Counted from the stretch's first letter, positions 19,236-30,171 are shown. The stretch: 64,000 bases of DNA from Myxococcales bacterium (GCA_009692555.1 SHYY01000003.1:25937-89936); one strand, 5' to 3'. Notes: a model not told the origin generated them from the sequence alone. A program made the numbers and translations.

Positions 19236-20465
19236 ATGGCGAAGCGAGAGGAGCTGATCGTCGGCCTGGACATCGGCACGACGAAGATCGCGGCGATCGT
19301 CGGTGAGCTCACGCCCGACGGCCTGGACGTGATCGGCGTGGGCACGCACCCGTCGCGCGGCCTCAAGAAGGGCGTGGTGGTCAACATCGACTCGACGGTC
19401 GCCTCGATCCGGCGCGCCATCGAGGAGGCCGAGCACATGGCCGGGGTGGAGATCACCTCGGTCTACGCGGGCATCGCCGGCGGCCACATCCAGGGTCAGA
19501 ACTCGACCGGGATGACCACCGTGAAGGACAAGGAAGTGCGCGAGGCCGATATCGCTCGGGTGATCGATGCCGCGAAGGCGGTGGCAATCCCGGCCGACCG
19601 CGAGATCATCCACGTCCTCCCGCAGGAGTACATCATAGACGGCCAGGACGGCATCAAGGACCCGCTGGGCATGGCCGGCGTACGCCTCGAAGCCAGGGTC
19701 CACCTCGTCACCGCCGCGGTCACCTCCGCGCAGAACATCGTCAAATGCTGCAACCGCTGCGGCCTCAACGTCGCCGACATCGTGCTCGAGCCGCTGGCCT
19801 CCGCCTACGCGGTCCTCGACGACGACGAGAAGGAGCTCGGCGTCGCGCTGATCGACATCGGCGGCGGCACCACCGACCTCGTCGTGTTCTACGACGGCTC
19901 GATCGTCCACACCTCGGTGCTCGCCGTCGGCGGCCACCAGCTCACCAACGACATCGCGATCGGCCTCCGCACGCCGATGAGCGACGCCGAGCGGATCAAG
20001 CATCGCTTCGGCTGCGCGATGACCTCCCTGGTGAACGAGGGCGACCTGATCGAGGTCCCGTCCGTCGGCGGCCGCAACCCCCGCGAGCTCCCGCGCAGCG
20101 TTCTGACCGAGATCATCGAGCCGCGCGTCGAGGAGATCTTCTCCCTGATCAAGCGCGAGCTGGAGAAGACGGGCTACGCCGAGCTCCTCGGCTCGGGCGT
20201 GGTGATCACCGGCGGCTCGACGATCCTCGAGGGGATGCCCGAGCTGGGCTCGCGGGTGCTCGACCTGCCGGTGCGCCGCGGCGATCCGAAGGGCATCGGC
20301 GGCCTGTCCGCGGTGGTCGGCTCGCCCATCTACGCCACCGGAGTGGGTCTCGTCCAGTACGGTGCGCGCAACGCCGCCGCCAACCACTTCCGCGCCGGCC
20401 GCGACGAGAACGTCTACTCCAAGGTCAAGAAGCGCATGCGCTCCTGGCTGGGCGAAATCTTCTAG
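19236..20465 (+). CDS. ftsA: Cell division protein FtsA
   Basis: MAKREELIVGLDIGTTKIAAIVGE..., IDIGGGTTDL and VVITGGSTILEGM are present. The C-terminus KVKKRMRSWLGEIF is a membrane-targeting amphipathic helix. The listed ORF start (18756) is an over-extension. Confidence 0.92.
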   Translation: MAKREELIVGLDIGTTKIAAIVGELTPDGLDVIGVGTHPSRGLKKGVVVNIDSTVASIRRAIEEAEHMAGVEITSVYAGIAGGHIQGQNSTGMTTVKDKEVREADIARVIDAAKAVAIPADREIIHVLPQEYIIDGQDGIKDPLGMAGVRLEARVHLVTAAVTSAQNIVKCCNRCGLNVADIVLEPLASAYAVLDDDEKELGVALIDIGGGTTDLVVFYDGSIVHTSVLAVGGHQLTNDIAIGLRTPMSDAERIKHRFGCAMTSLVNEGDLIEVPSVGGRNPRELPRSVLTEIIEPRVEEIFSLIKRELEKTGYAELLGSGVVITGGSTILEGMPELGSRVLDLPVRRGDPKGIGGLSAVVGSPIYATGVGLVQYGARNAAANHFRAGRDENVYSKVKKRMRSWLGEIF

Positions 20466-20688
20466 CCGAACGCCTCTCCTCGCCGTCTCCTCTTCCACCC
20501 TCCTCCAACCCCCGGCGCCTGTCAGTGGCTTGACATGATCGCCACCGCGGCACGCCGTCTCCTCCGTCGTCGCCCTATTCAACCATTGGATTCTAATCGG
20601 TTTATCAGTTGGCCCGCCGGATGCTTTAGGCACGCTCCGTCAGCGACTCCGGTTCAACAGGCAAACCAAACTGCCGAGGAGAATTCAG

Positions 20689-22260
20689 ATGAAAACGTCC
20701 ATGCTCCGCTCGATCACGAAGTCAGTTCTGCCCCTGGTTGCGGCCGCCCTGGTCGCGTGCGCTGGCCCGCCCGCCGAGGTCGCCGAGACGCCCGGTTCCG
20801 ATCCGCCCGCCCCGGCCGACATGAGCCCGCCGACCACGAAGGACGCCAAGCCCCCAGAGGTGATGCAGCCGAGTCCGGCGATGCTGGTCGACATCCGCAT
20901 CGATCCGGCGTTCGTCTCCATCCCGGTCGGCATCAAGCAGCAGCTCCACGCCTTCGGCCAGTACAGCGACGGAACGACCCGCGACGTGACGAAGGACGTC
21001 GAGTGGAGCTCGGCCGACCAGAACGTGGTGGCCATCAGCAACGAAGCGGGTAGCAAGGGCCTGGCGGAGGGTCTCGCTCTCGGCGAGGCGTTCATTGACG
21101 CCCGCAAGGGCGCGATCTTCTCCAAGTCGCAGCTCTACATCACCGCGCTCAGCCTGGTGTCGCTCAAGGTGTCCCCGGACGGCGTGCTGATCCCGAAGGG
21201 CCTCAAGCAGCAGTTCACCGCCGAGGGCACCTTCGACGACGGCTCGGTGAAAGACATCACCGCGTCCGTGCTGTGGGCGTCGTCCGATGAGAGCGTCCAG
21301 GTCAGCAACGAGCCCGGCGAGAGCGGCCTCGCGTACGCCAGCGGCCAGGGCGCGGCGGTGATCAGCGCCCAGCTCCTCGGCTTCGACCACGGCGTGCAGA
21401 TGATGGTCGACGCGGCGGAGCTGGTGTCGATCGCCGTGAGCCCCGATGCGGACCACGTCGCCAAGGGCCTCGCCAAGCAGTTTCGCGCCGAGGGCACCTA
21501 CACCGACGGCTCGACCCAGGACCTCACCCTCCAGGTGATCTGGTCGACCTCGGACGAGAGCGCTCTGTCGATCAGCAACGAAGAGACCACCCAGGGCCTC
21601 GCGCAGGGACTCTCCGAGGGCGAGGCGATCGTCACGGCCACCTACCAGCATCTCAACGCGTCGGCGGCGATGGTGGTCAGCCCGCACGAGCTCGCCTCCC
21701 TCGCGATTTGCCCCGAGGAGCAGTACGTCGAGGTGGGCGGCTCGGTCCAGTTCAGCGCGACCGGCATCTACAGCGACGGCGAGACCGAGGACATGACGGC
21801 GGCGGTGGTGTGGTCGTCGGCGGACGAGAACGTCGCTACGGTTGGCAACGAGCGCGACGGCGGTGAGGCGGGCAAGGCGCAGGCCGCCGCCCCCGGCGAC
21901 ATCGATATCGTCGCCACGATGGGTGACCTGAGCGCGAAGGTCAGCCTCCACGTCGCGGTGCCGGAGCTGGTCGACATCACCGTCCTCCCGGGCAACGCGA
22001 GCATCCAGATGAACCACGATGAGCAGTTCCAGGCGGTGGGCACCTACTCGGACGGCTCGACGCTGGACCTGAGCGCCTTTGTCACCTGGTCGTCGAGCAA
22101 CGAGAGCGTCTGCCTGATCAGCAGCAACGAGGGCTCGATGGGCCTGCTGAGCGGTCTCTCGCACGGCGAGTGCATCATCACCGCGACGCTGTCAGGCGTC
22201 ATCGGCACCACGAAGCTCGCGGTCATCGACCCGGAGCACGAGGAGGATCCGGCCCCGTAA
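20689..22260 (+). CDS. Lipoprotein with ~5 tandem Big_2 (bacterial Ig-like group 2) domains
   Basis: Signal peptide with lipobox LVAC. The unit V.SI.VSP....I.KG...QF.A.GTYSDGST.D.T..V.WSSSD..V..I.N......G.A....G...I.A is repeated. Confidence 0.85.
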   Translation: MKTSMLRSITKSVLPLVAAALVACAGPPAEVAETPGSDPPAPADMSPPTTKDAKPPEVMQPSPAMLVDIRIDPAFVSIPVGIKQQLHAFGQYSDGTTRDVTKDVEWSSADQNVVAISNEAGSKGLAEGLALGEAFIDARKGAIFSKSQLYITALSLVSLKVSPDGVLIPKGLKQQFTAEGTFDDGSVKDITASVLWASSDESVQVSNEPGESGLAYASGQGAAVISAQLLGFDHGVQMMVDAAELVSIAVSPDADHVAKGLAKQFRAEGTYTDGSTQDLTLQVIWSTSDESALSISNEETTQGLAQGLSEGEAIVTATYQHLNASAAMVVSPHELASLAICPEEQYVEVGGSVQFSATGIYSDGETEDMTAAVVWSSADENVATVGNERDGGEAGKAQAAAPGDIDIVATMGDLSAKVSLHVAVPELVDITVLPGNASIQMNHDEQFQAVGTYSDGSTLDLSAFVTWSSSNESVCLISSNEGSMGLLSGLSHGECIITATLSGVIGTTKLAVIDPEHEEDPAP

Positions 22261-22299
22261 CCCGGCCGAACACTAGCTTCTCCTTCGGCTTCTGAGAGC

Positions 22300-22332
22300 G
22301 GGTCGCCCATACCGGGCGGCCCGTTTTTTTTT
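22300..22332 (+). terminator. Intrinsic (Rho-independent) terminator
   Basis: GGGUCGCCC-AUACC-GGGCGGCCC forms a 9-bp stem (one G-U pair), followed by G and nine consecutive T (22324-22332). This is exceptional in such GC-rich DNA. Confidence 0.75.
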
Positions 22333-22753
22333 GTGTGCCCAGCATGAGACTCGGCTTGGAGGTGGAAGTCCTTCGGGGAAGCTGGTCGCAGCGACCCCAA
22401 GCAAACCGCAAGGCGTCCGGCCGCGAGGCCGGCGCTGAAAGAAGCGGGGAGCGAAACCGCGCGTCGACGAACAGAAACCGGATACGAGGCGGCGTCGAGC
22501 AGGGCGAGCGGGCAGATGACCGCGAAGCTCTCGCGACCAAGGCTCGACGACGTAGATCCGGCGACGGTGCGGGGAAGGTCGATGCTCTTACCTGGGGAGA
22601 TCTCGCCTTGCGCTTGAAAGAGCGACGCCCGTCGAAGGACGACGCGTCGTCGACGTGGACCTCGAACAGTTTTTCGATCGGGTGAACCACGACGTGCTGA
22701 TGGGGAAGCTGGCGGCGCGGATCATGGACAAGCGGATGCTGGGGCTGATCCGT
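22333..22753 (+). mobile_element. Degraded group II intron remnant (5' GUGUG + fragments of the intron-encoded reverse transcriptase)
   Basis: It begins GTGTG directly after the terminator T-tract. One frame (22518-22634) gives DREALATKARRRRSGDGAGKVDALTWGDLALRLKERRPS, like the RT-0 region sRENLlaAlkRVrrNkGAaGVDGmT...L..yLke.WP. A shifted frame (22640-22753) gives [39 protein letters not shown], the DxxxFFDxVxHdxLm motif. The intervening RT domains and everything 3' are missing. Confidence 0.6.
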
Positions 22754-22845
22754 CACCCCCTATCCCGATTCGCCAGATCCCCTGCCTCCCCCGCCGCTTC
22801 TCCTCCGACTGCTCACCCGTACAGCGAAAAAGTGGGGCAAAAAAA

Positions 22846-22873
22846 TTGACCCGCCCGTTCCCCGACGGAGAAT
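22846..22873 (+). promoter_or_regulatory. Candidate sigma70-type promoter for ftsZ (TTGACC-N16-GAGAAT) with upstream A-tract
   Basis: GGGGCAAAAAAATTGACC precedes a 16-nt spacer and GAGAAT. GGAGGG is at ~22883 and the ATG at 22896. Confidence 0.35.
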
Positions 22874-22895
22874 GGGCGAGCGGAGGGTACCTTAC

Positions 22896-24176
<1,281 letters not shown>

Positions 24177-24228
24177 CCTCACCAGTCCCCGCACCACGCC
24201 CCCGCTGGAGGCGGCTATACTCCCTGCC

Positions 24229-24873
24229 ATGATGCTCTCCCTCCCCTCCCTGGCGCTGCCTCTCGCGCTCTGCGCCTCCCTGCTCATCGGCTGCCTCGGC
24301 AGGAAGGACGCGGGCGGGGCGGGAGGTGGCGAAGACACGGCGCTGAAGGCGCTCCAGGGACTCCGCGTGGTGCGGCCGGTGGACGCGCGCGACGCCGGGG
24401 GGCGCACGACGTTCTCGATCGGCGACCTGAGCGGCACGCTGCCCGCCGGGTGGAGCGCGCTGACCATGGGCGGCCAGACCACCTACCGCTCGGCGGATTT
24501 CCAGGAGACGATGCGGGTGTTCGGCTACCGCAGCGAGACGCCTCTCGATGCCGAGCGGCAGCGCGCGGTCCTGGGCTCGCTCACCGATCTCGGCGGCAGG
24601 GCGGAGCGGGTGCTCGGGATGCTCGGGATGTCGCCCAAGGTGTCGCCGCCCCAGGTCGGACGCGCCGCGTGGGGCGCAAGCTCCACCTTCACCGCGATGG
24701 GGCCGCTCAACCGGATCGCGTTTCACTACGCCACCGTCGGCCCGCGCGAGGCGATCATGATCCAGCTCGACGGCAACACAGAAACGCAGGCGCCCGCGCA
24801 CGCCCTCGCGGTGATCCAGAGCCTGCGTCACCAGGCGGACCCGGCGGCCGACGCGGTACCGGCGACGAAGTAG
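24229..24873 (+). CDS. Hypothetical lipoprotein
   Basis: MMLSLPSLALPLALCASLLIGC is a signal peptide with lipobox. Codon usage is GC3-rich and I recognise no family. Confidence 0.55.
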   Translation: MMLSLPSLALPLALCASLLIGCLGRKDAGGAGGGEDTALKALQGLRVVRPVDARDAGGRTTFSIGDLSGTLPAGWSALTMGGQTTYRSADFQETMRVFGYRSETPLDAERQRAVLGSLTDLGGRAERVLGMLGMSPKVSPPQVGRAAWGASSTFTAMGPLNRIAFHYATVGPREAIMIQLDGNTETQAPAHALAVIQSLRHQADPAADAVPATK

Positions 24874-24882
24874 CGCCGCGGC

Positions 24883-25455
24883 GTGCTGTTCCTCGAGGAC
24901 CACGCGCGGTGGCTGCTGGTCGTCCACGGCATCGCGGCGGCGACGCTCGTCGCGGCCAGCACGCATCACCTCCTGTGGTGCCGCCACTACCTGCATGGAC
25001 GCTTCGGGCGCGCGCGCGCCGAGCAGCGGTTCGCGCTGATCGCGACGGGGGCCTTCGTCGGCACATTCTTCCTCGGGAACCTCCTCTATCCGACCTACAA
25101 GGTGCGCGTGCGGGCCGAGTACTTCGACTCCCCCGAGGCGGTGGCGGCGGAGGTGCAGCAGCGACGAGAGGCAGCGGCGCGGGTCGACGATCCGGCGCCG
25201 CGCGGCGGCGGGCACGGGAGGATTGGCCTCGCCTGGGTGGCGCGGTTGTTCGATATCAAGGAGCACTGGGTGGCGCTCGGGTGCGCGTCGTCGCTGCTGC
25301 TCCTGCTGTTGTCACGGCGCGCCCACCCGAAGGACGACCTGCGCGTGCTGCCGCTCTACCTCGGTTTGTCGGTGGTGGTGTGCGGGACGGCGTGGGCGGG
25401 CGCGGTGATCGGTCTCCTGACGGTCAGCTTCCGCGCCGTCGGTGGAGCGACGTGA
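24883..25455 (+). CDS. Hypothetical membrane protein (about 4 TM)
   Basis: 190-aa ORF with hydrophobic helices, His/Trp-rich in the first TM region. Its stop overlaps the next start (GTGA). Confidence 0.45.
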   Translation: MLFLEDHARWLLVVHGIAAATLVAASTHHLLWCRHYLHGRFGRARAEQRFALIATGAFVGTFFLGNLLYPTYKVRVRAEYFDSPEAVAAEVQQRREAAARVDDPAPRGGGHGRIGLAWVARLFDIKEHWVALGCASSLLLLLLSRRAHPKDDLRVLPLYLGLSVVVCGTAWAGAVIGLLTVSFRAVGGAT

Positions 25456-25778
25456 GCCCGCGCGCCTATCTCGCCGCCTGCGCGGCGGCGGTGGGCTTCG
25501 CGCTCGGCTATGCGCTGCCAGTCTATGCCCACCTGCAGAACCTCTACTACGATCCGATCGCGCGCCAGCTCCTCGTCGGTGCTTGGCCGGGTCCGGTGCC
25601 GATGGGCTACCTCGGTCAGATCCTGTACGGCCTCGGTGCCGCGCTGATCGCGGTCGGGATCATCCGCGTGGTCGTGCGGCGGGCGCCGTCAGCGACGGTG
25701 ATCGCGCTCGCGGGCGCGTGGGCGCTGACCGCGATAGTGCTCGTCGGCGCCTACTTCACCTGGAACAACTGGCCCTGA
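25452..25778 (+). CDS. Hypothetical small membrane protein (3 TM)
   Basis: A GTG start overlaps the upstream stop. The product VSPRAYLAACAAAVGFALGY...AYFTWNNWP is strongly hydrophobic. It is embedded in a longer spurious listed ORF (24450..25778). Confidence 0.4.
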   Translation: MSPRAYLAACAAAVGFALGYALPVYAHLQNLYYDPIARQLLVGAWPGPVPMGYLGQILYGLGAALIAVGIIRVVVRRAPSATVIALAGAWALTAIVLVGAYFTWNNWP

Positions 25779-25934
25779 TCGATCGGGCAGAAATCGCCGG
25801 ATCGCCAGAGCTCGGGCGACCTGATCGAGGCCGTGTCGGAGCGCGTCCACGCGATGCTCACCGAGGCGGTAAAGCGGGCGAAGGAGAACGGACGCGCCAC
25901 GGTCCGCCCGTACGACCTGTCATAGCCAGCCGCG

Positions 25935-26783
25935 CTACGGAGCGATCTCGAGCGTCGTGCCCTCCGCCGCGGCGAGGGTCTTCATCCCCGGGGCGTGCTC
26001 GCGTGCCCACGCGGCCGAGTCGGCGGCGATCCGGTCGAGCGCGTCGTCGTCGCGGTCGGGGTCGTGGTGGTGCAGCGCGAGGGCGCGGGCCTCGGCCTTT
26101 TGACCGAGCGCGAGCACGTCAGCGACGAGGGAGTGCCCCCAGCCGTGCTTGTGCGGCATGTCGGTGGGGAGGTACTGCGAGTCGTGGATGATCAGGCCCG
26201 CCGATGCGGCGAAGCGCGCCAGATCGTCGGAGGAGGTGGTGCAAGGCCCGGGCGGGGCGAGCTCGTTGTCGGTCAGGTAGCAGACCGAGGAGCCGTCGGC
26301 GTCGTCGATCCGGAAGCCGTCCGCGCCCCCCGGGTGATTGAGCTGGATCTGCTTCACCGTCGCCGAGCCGATGCGCACCGAGGAGCCGACGAAGGGCGGG
26401 CGCTCGACGTGGGCCGGGATGTCCTGCGCCCGCACCGGAAAGTGCTCACCGTCGAAGAGCACGTTCTTCGAGAGCCGCTGGTGCGCGCGCTGGGAGAGCG
26501 CGTGGAGCACCACGTGGGCGTCGCGGCGCCACAGCGGCGCGAAGAACGGCGCGCCGATGATGTGGTCCCAGTGGGCGTGGGTGACGAAGATGTGGATCGG
26601 GTCGGGCAGCGGCGCGCGGATGAGCTGCTTGCCGAGCTCGCGCACTCCCGTCCCGAGGTCGAGGACGATCAGCGAGCCGTCGACCGTGCGGACCTCGACG
26701 CATACCGTGTTGCCGCCGTAGCGGATGGTGGCCGGCCCCGGGGTGGCGACGGAGCCGCGGACACCGTGGAAGGTGACCCGCAT
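25935..26783 (-). CDS. MBL-fold metallo-hydrolase
   Basis: 282 aa with the THAHWDHI motif and downstream His/Asp ligands (HPGG, HDSQY, HGWGH). Confidence 0.85.
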   Translation of the reverse strand: MRVTFHGVRGSVATPGPATIRYGGNTVCVEVRTVDGSLIVLDLGTGVRELGKQLIRAPLPDPIHIFVTHAHWDHIIGAPFFAPLWRRDAHVVLHALSQRAHQRLSKNVLFDGEHFPVRAQDIPAHVERPPFVGSSVRIGSATVKQIQLNHPGGADGFRIDDADGSSVCYLTDNELAPPGPCTTSSDDLARFAASAGLIIHDSQYLPTDMPHKHGWGHSLVADVLALGQKAEARALALHHHDPDRDDDALDRIAADSAAWAREHAPGMKTLAAAEGTTLEIAP

Positions 26784-26786
26784 CGG

Positions 26787-27203
26787 CTACTTGAACTTCG
26801 CGTGGCAGGCCTTGCAGGTCGCCTTGGCCGATGCCAGGGCGGCCGATGACTTCACGGCGTCCTTCGCCGTCGCTGCGTCCGCCAGCTCACCGGCATTCGC
26901 CGCGAGCTGATCGGCGAACGCGTTGAACTCGGGCCCCTTCGAGAAGGTCTCCTTGGCGCGCGCGGTGGTCAGCTTCAGGCGCGCTCCGGCGGCGATGAAG
27001 GCGGCGTAGTCCTCGTCGGTGTAGGTGGCGCGACCGATCTTCTTGAACTGCGGATCCATCACCTGCGCCTGCGCCCACATCACGTCGTCGAGCTCCGCCA
27101 TCTTGGGGACGTCGGCGTCGCTGTAGACGATCTTCGGGGCGCAGGAGCCGGCGAGGAGGAGGAGCGGGCAGAGGAGGAGAGCCTTCGTTGGGCGCACGAG
27201 CAT
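26787..27203 (-). CDS. Class II (cytochrome c-prime / c556-like) four-helix monoheme cytochrome, lipoprotein
   Basis: 138 aa. It has a signal peptide plus LLAGSC lipobox, is helical and Ala-rich, and has a single CXXCH at the extreme C-terminus (CKACHAKFK). Confidence 0.7.
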   Translation of the reverse strand: MLVRPTKALLLCPLLLLAGSCAPKIVYSDADVPKMAELDDVMWAQAQVMDPQFKKIGRATYTDEDYAAFIAAGARLKLTTARAKETFSKGPEFNAFADQLAANAGELADAATAKDAVKSSAALASAKATCKACHAKFK

Positions 27204-27241
27204 GGCGCGGATATTACATCATTCGCAGGAGATCGACTCGC

Positions 27242-28609
27242 CTACGCGGCGAAGCGCAGGACGAGATCGTGGAGCACGTTCACGCCCCAGCGCAGACCCT
27301 CGACGTGGATCCGCTCGTCGTGGCCGTGGAACATGTCGGCGAAGCGCGGGGCGTCGGGAGGAAAGCGGTTCGGGCAGAAGCCGTAGCAGCGCGCGCCGAG
27401 GCGCGACCAGTGCTTGGCGTCGGTGTAGCCGGGCATCAGGATCGGGATGGCGATCGCGCCGGGGTGGCGCGCGCCGAGGGTGGCGACGATCGCATCCCAG
27501 AGGGGCGACGGGCCCTCCGTCTCAACGGGAGGGAGGTCGCGGATCACCTGGATCTCGATGTCGGGGCCGACCACGGCGCGTACCTCCGCGACCAGATCGG
27601 CGGCGCTCTGGCCGGGCAGGGACCGCCCGTCGACCTCTGCCTCGGCCTCGCCGGGGATGACGTTGGTCTTGTCGCCCGCGCGGAGCACCGTCGGGACCGC
27701 GGTGTTGGAGAGCCCGGCGGCGAGCGCCATCGCGATCCCGCGGTCGGGGATCATCTTCAGCACCCAGCCCGACAGCGACGGGCGCTTGAGCTGACCGAGC
27801 AGGAGCGACTTCGGGAAGCCCTGGGTGGCGGCGAGGGCCTCAAGGTAGCGCGCCGTCGACGCGGTGAGGTGCTGGGGCAGCCGCGTGCGCCCGAGCCTCG
27901 CCACCGCTTCGGCGAGCCGCACCGTGGCGTTGTCGTCGCGCGGGAGCGAGCCGTGGCCGGGCGTGCCGCGCGCCTTCAGCTTCATCCACACCACGCCCTT
28001 CTCGGCGATCTGGACCGGGTAGATCGCGCGCCCGCCCAGGTGAATCGTGAAGCCGCCGTTCTCGCCGAGCGCGTACTCGGCGCGCACGAGGTCCGGGTGC
28101 TGGTCGACGAGAAACTTCGATCCGTGATCGCAGCCCGCCTCCTCGTCAGCGACGGCGGCGAAGATCAGATCGCGGGCGAGGCGCCTCCCCTCGCGACGCA
28201 GGCGCGCCATCACCAGCGCGGACATCACCACCATGTGCTTCATGTCGATCGCGCCGCGGCCCCACAGGTAGCCGTCGTGGATCTCGCCGCCGAACGGCGG
28301 GTGCTTCCAGGCCGCGGCGTCGGCGGTCACCACGTCGAGGTGGCCATGGAGGAGCAGCGGCGGACGTTCGCCCGTGCCGGCGAGGCGGGTCACCACCGAC
28401 TGCCGCGAGGGGGTGGGGCCGAGCAGCGTCGGGGAGAGCCCGGCGTCGCTGAGGAGCGCGGCGACGTACTCGGCCGCCTCGGTCTCGTTCCCGGGCGGGT
28501 TGGTGGTGTCGATGCGAAGGAGGGCCTGGAGGTGCCTGACCGCGTCGTCGCCGAGCTGCGGGTCGTCGCTTGTTGCTCCCGGCGGCAAGGTCACCCGGAC
28601 CGCCGTCAC
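27242..28609 (-). CDS. M20-family metallopeptidase/deacylase
   Basis: LLLHGHLDVV, RGAIDMKH, AVADEEAG and HGHDERI motifs are present. The GTG start overlaps the GMC stop (GTGA). The listed 953-aa ORF is a same-frame over-extension. Confidence 0.85.
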   Translation of the reverse strand: MTAVRVTLPPGATSDDPQLGDDAVRHLQALLRIDTTNPPGNETEAAEYVAALLSDAGLSPTLLGPTPSRQSVVTRLAGTGERPPLLLHGHLDVVTADAAAWKHPPFGGEIHDGYLWGRGAIDMKHMVVMSALVMARLRREGRRLARDLIFAAVADEEAGCDHGSKFLVDQHPDLVRAEYALGENGGFTIHLGGRAIYPVQIAEKGVVWMKLKARGTPGHGSLPRDDNATVRLAEAVARLGRTRLPQHLTASTARYLEALAATQGFPKSLLLGQLKRPSLSGWVLKMIPDRGIAMALAAGLSNTAVPTVLRAGDKTNVIPGEAEAEVDGRSLPGQSAADLVAEVRAVVGPDIEIQVIRDLPPVETEGPSPLWDAIVATLGARHPGAIAIPILMPGYTDAKHWSRLGARCYGFCPNRFPPDAPRFADMFHGHDERIHVEGLRWGVNVLHDLVLRFAA

Positions 28610-30171
28610 CCGCTTTGGCCCCAGGAGGCGTGGAGTCGCGTCGCGGTGAGGTGGGCGAGCCCGTAGATGCTCTCCTGCGGGTTGACGCCGAGCGAGGTGG
28701 GAAAAACGGAGCCATCCACGACGTGCAGGTTCTCGACGCTGTGATGGCGGAGATCCTCGGGGCGCACCACCGCGGTCTTCGGGTCGGGGCCCATCGCGCA
28801 GCCGCCCATCTGGTGCGCGCTGAACACCGACACCCGGCCGACGTCGTAGGCGGCGGCGTCGATCTTCGCGAGGTCGGCGACGGAGCGGACCTCGATCGAG
28901 GGATCGTGGCCGGTGCGCACCACGTCGGCGCCGGCGGCGAGATCGATCTCTGCGAGCTTGCGCAGGCCGAAGCGGAAGGCCTCCCAGATCCGAGGCGGGA
29001 TCGGGTAGTCGACGAGCGCCGCGCCCGAGGGACGGAGGGTCACGGTGCCGCCCGGCTCGTCGGGCGAGAAGCCATCGATCGCCAGCGCGATGTGCGCGGC
29101 GGTGTTCGGCAGCTCGATCATTCCCCGCCGGTGAGCGTCGCCGAAGCCGGGCAGGGCGGTCGAGGCGATCACCGGGTGGATCGGCGCGGCCTCGAGGAAC
29201 AGGCCCACGTCGGCGCCGCGGTGGGCGAGGGCGTGGCTGGCGATCGACTGCGGCGCGCCGTAGTAGGGCTCGACGAGATCCTTGTAGTGCCCGGTGATGC
29301 CGACGACGGGGTGCAGGAAGGTGCGTCGGCCGATCGGCGTGTCCGCGCCGCCGAGGCCGGAGCGGAGCAGGAGCGCCGGCGAGTTGATCGCGCCGGCGCT
29401 GACGAGGAACCGCTTCGCCTCGATCACCACCACCTCGCCCGTCGGTGTGCGACCGCTTGGACCGCCAAGGACCTGACCGCGCGCGCGGACCACGCGGCCC
29501 CCTTCGATCTCGAGCCGTTCGATGCGGCAGCGGTAGAGCACGGTCGCCCCGCGCGCCACCGCGTCGGGCAGGTAGGTGATGAGCATCGACTGCTTGGCGT
29601 CGACGGGGCAGCCCATCCCGCAGTAGCCCGACTTCATGCACTGCTTGACGTTGCGCTTGGTGGGCGTGGCCTCCAGGCCGAGCGCCTTGCAGCCGTCGTA
29701 CAGGAGGCGGTTGTTGCGATTCGAGTCGGCGAGCGGGATCTCGGCGATCGAGAGGCGCTCCTCGACCGCGGCGAAGTGCGGTGCGAGGTCGGCGGAGGTG
29801 AGGCCGCGCACGCCGTGGCGGTCGCGCCAGTGATCGAGCACCGGGTCGGGGGTGCGGAAGCAGGTGGTCCAGTTGACGACGGTGGTGCCACCGACGGTGC
29901 GCCCCTGGAGGAGGGTGATCCCGAGGTCCTTGGTGGCGCGGGTGGCGCCCTCCTGGTAGAGCTGCGCGAAGGCGACGTCCTCGCGCATGTTGAAGTCCTT
30001 GCGCGTGCGGTGGCCGCCCTCCTCGACCACCAGGACGTCGTGGCCCGCGGCGGTGAGCAGCGCGGCCGATACGGCGCCGCCCGCGCCGGAGCCGATGATG
30101 CACACCTCGGGGGTGTATTTCTTGCCGGTGCCGACGGTACCGGCGTCGACGAATCCGCCGGGCGCGCTCAT
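28606..30171 (-). CDS. GMC-family FAD-dependent oxidoreductase (large subunit)
   Basis: VCIIGSGAGGAVSAALLTAAGHDVLVVEEG is a Rossmann FAD motif. The C-terminus has the GMC signature ...HQMGGCAMG...VVDGSVFPTSLGVNP. The ATG overlaps the upstream stop (ATGA). Confidence 0.9.
   Translation of the reverse strand: MSAPGGFVDAGTVGTGKKYTPEVCIIGSGAGGAVSAALLTAAGHDVLVVEEGGHRTRKDFNMREDVAFAQLYQEGATRATKDLGITLLQGRTVGGTTVVNWTTCFRTPDPVLDHWRDRHGVRGLTSADLAPHFAAVEERLSIAEIPLADSNRNNRLLYDGCKALGLEATPTKRNVKQCMKSGYCGMGCPVDAKQSMLITYLPDAVARGATVLYRCRIERLEIEGGRVVRARGQVLGGPSGRTPTGEVVVIEAKRFLVSAGAINSPALLLRSGLGGADTPIGRRTFLHPVVGITGHYKDLVEPYYGAPQSIASHALAHRGADVGLFLEAAPIHPVIASTALPGFGDAHRRGMIELPNTAAHIALAIDGFSPDEPGGTVTLRPSGAALVDYPIPPRIWEAFRFGLRKLAEIDLAAGADVVRTGHDPSIEVRSVADLAKIDAAAYDVGRVSVFSAHQMGGCAMGPDPKTAVVRPEDLRHHSVENLHVVDGSVFPTSLGVNPQESIYGLAHLTATRLHASWGQSG

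Noticed and set aside
22335-22849. ORFs 22335..22685 and 22655..22849 as intact protein-coding genes.
   Set aside because: They contain only short reverse-transcriptase fragments in two different frames, with non-homologous, low-complexity flanks. They are better explained as a decayed group II intron.
25779-25925. A 49-codon open frame ending ...LIEAVSERVHAMLTEAVKRAKENGRATVRPYDLS*, which resembles the last helix of histone-fold/DUF1931-type proteins.
   Set aside because: There is no plausible start codon giving more than ~30 aa, and it begins directly at the upstream gene's stop. At most it is a gene remnant, and the similarity is from memory only.
28610-30103. The upper part of the listed 953-aa ORF (27242..30103) fused to the M20 peptidase.
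   Set aside because: Upstream of 28609 the frame is Arg/Pro-rich nonsense that overlaps the GMC oxidoreductase gene, which has clear FAD and GMC motifs in another frame.
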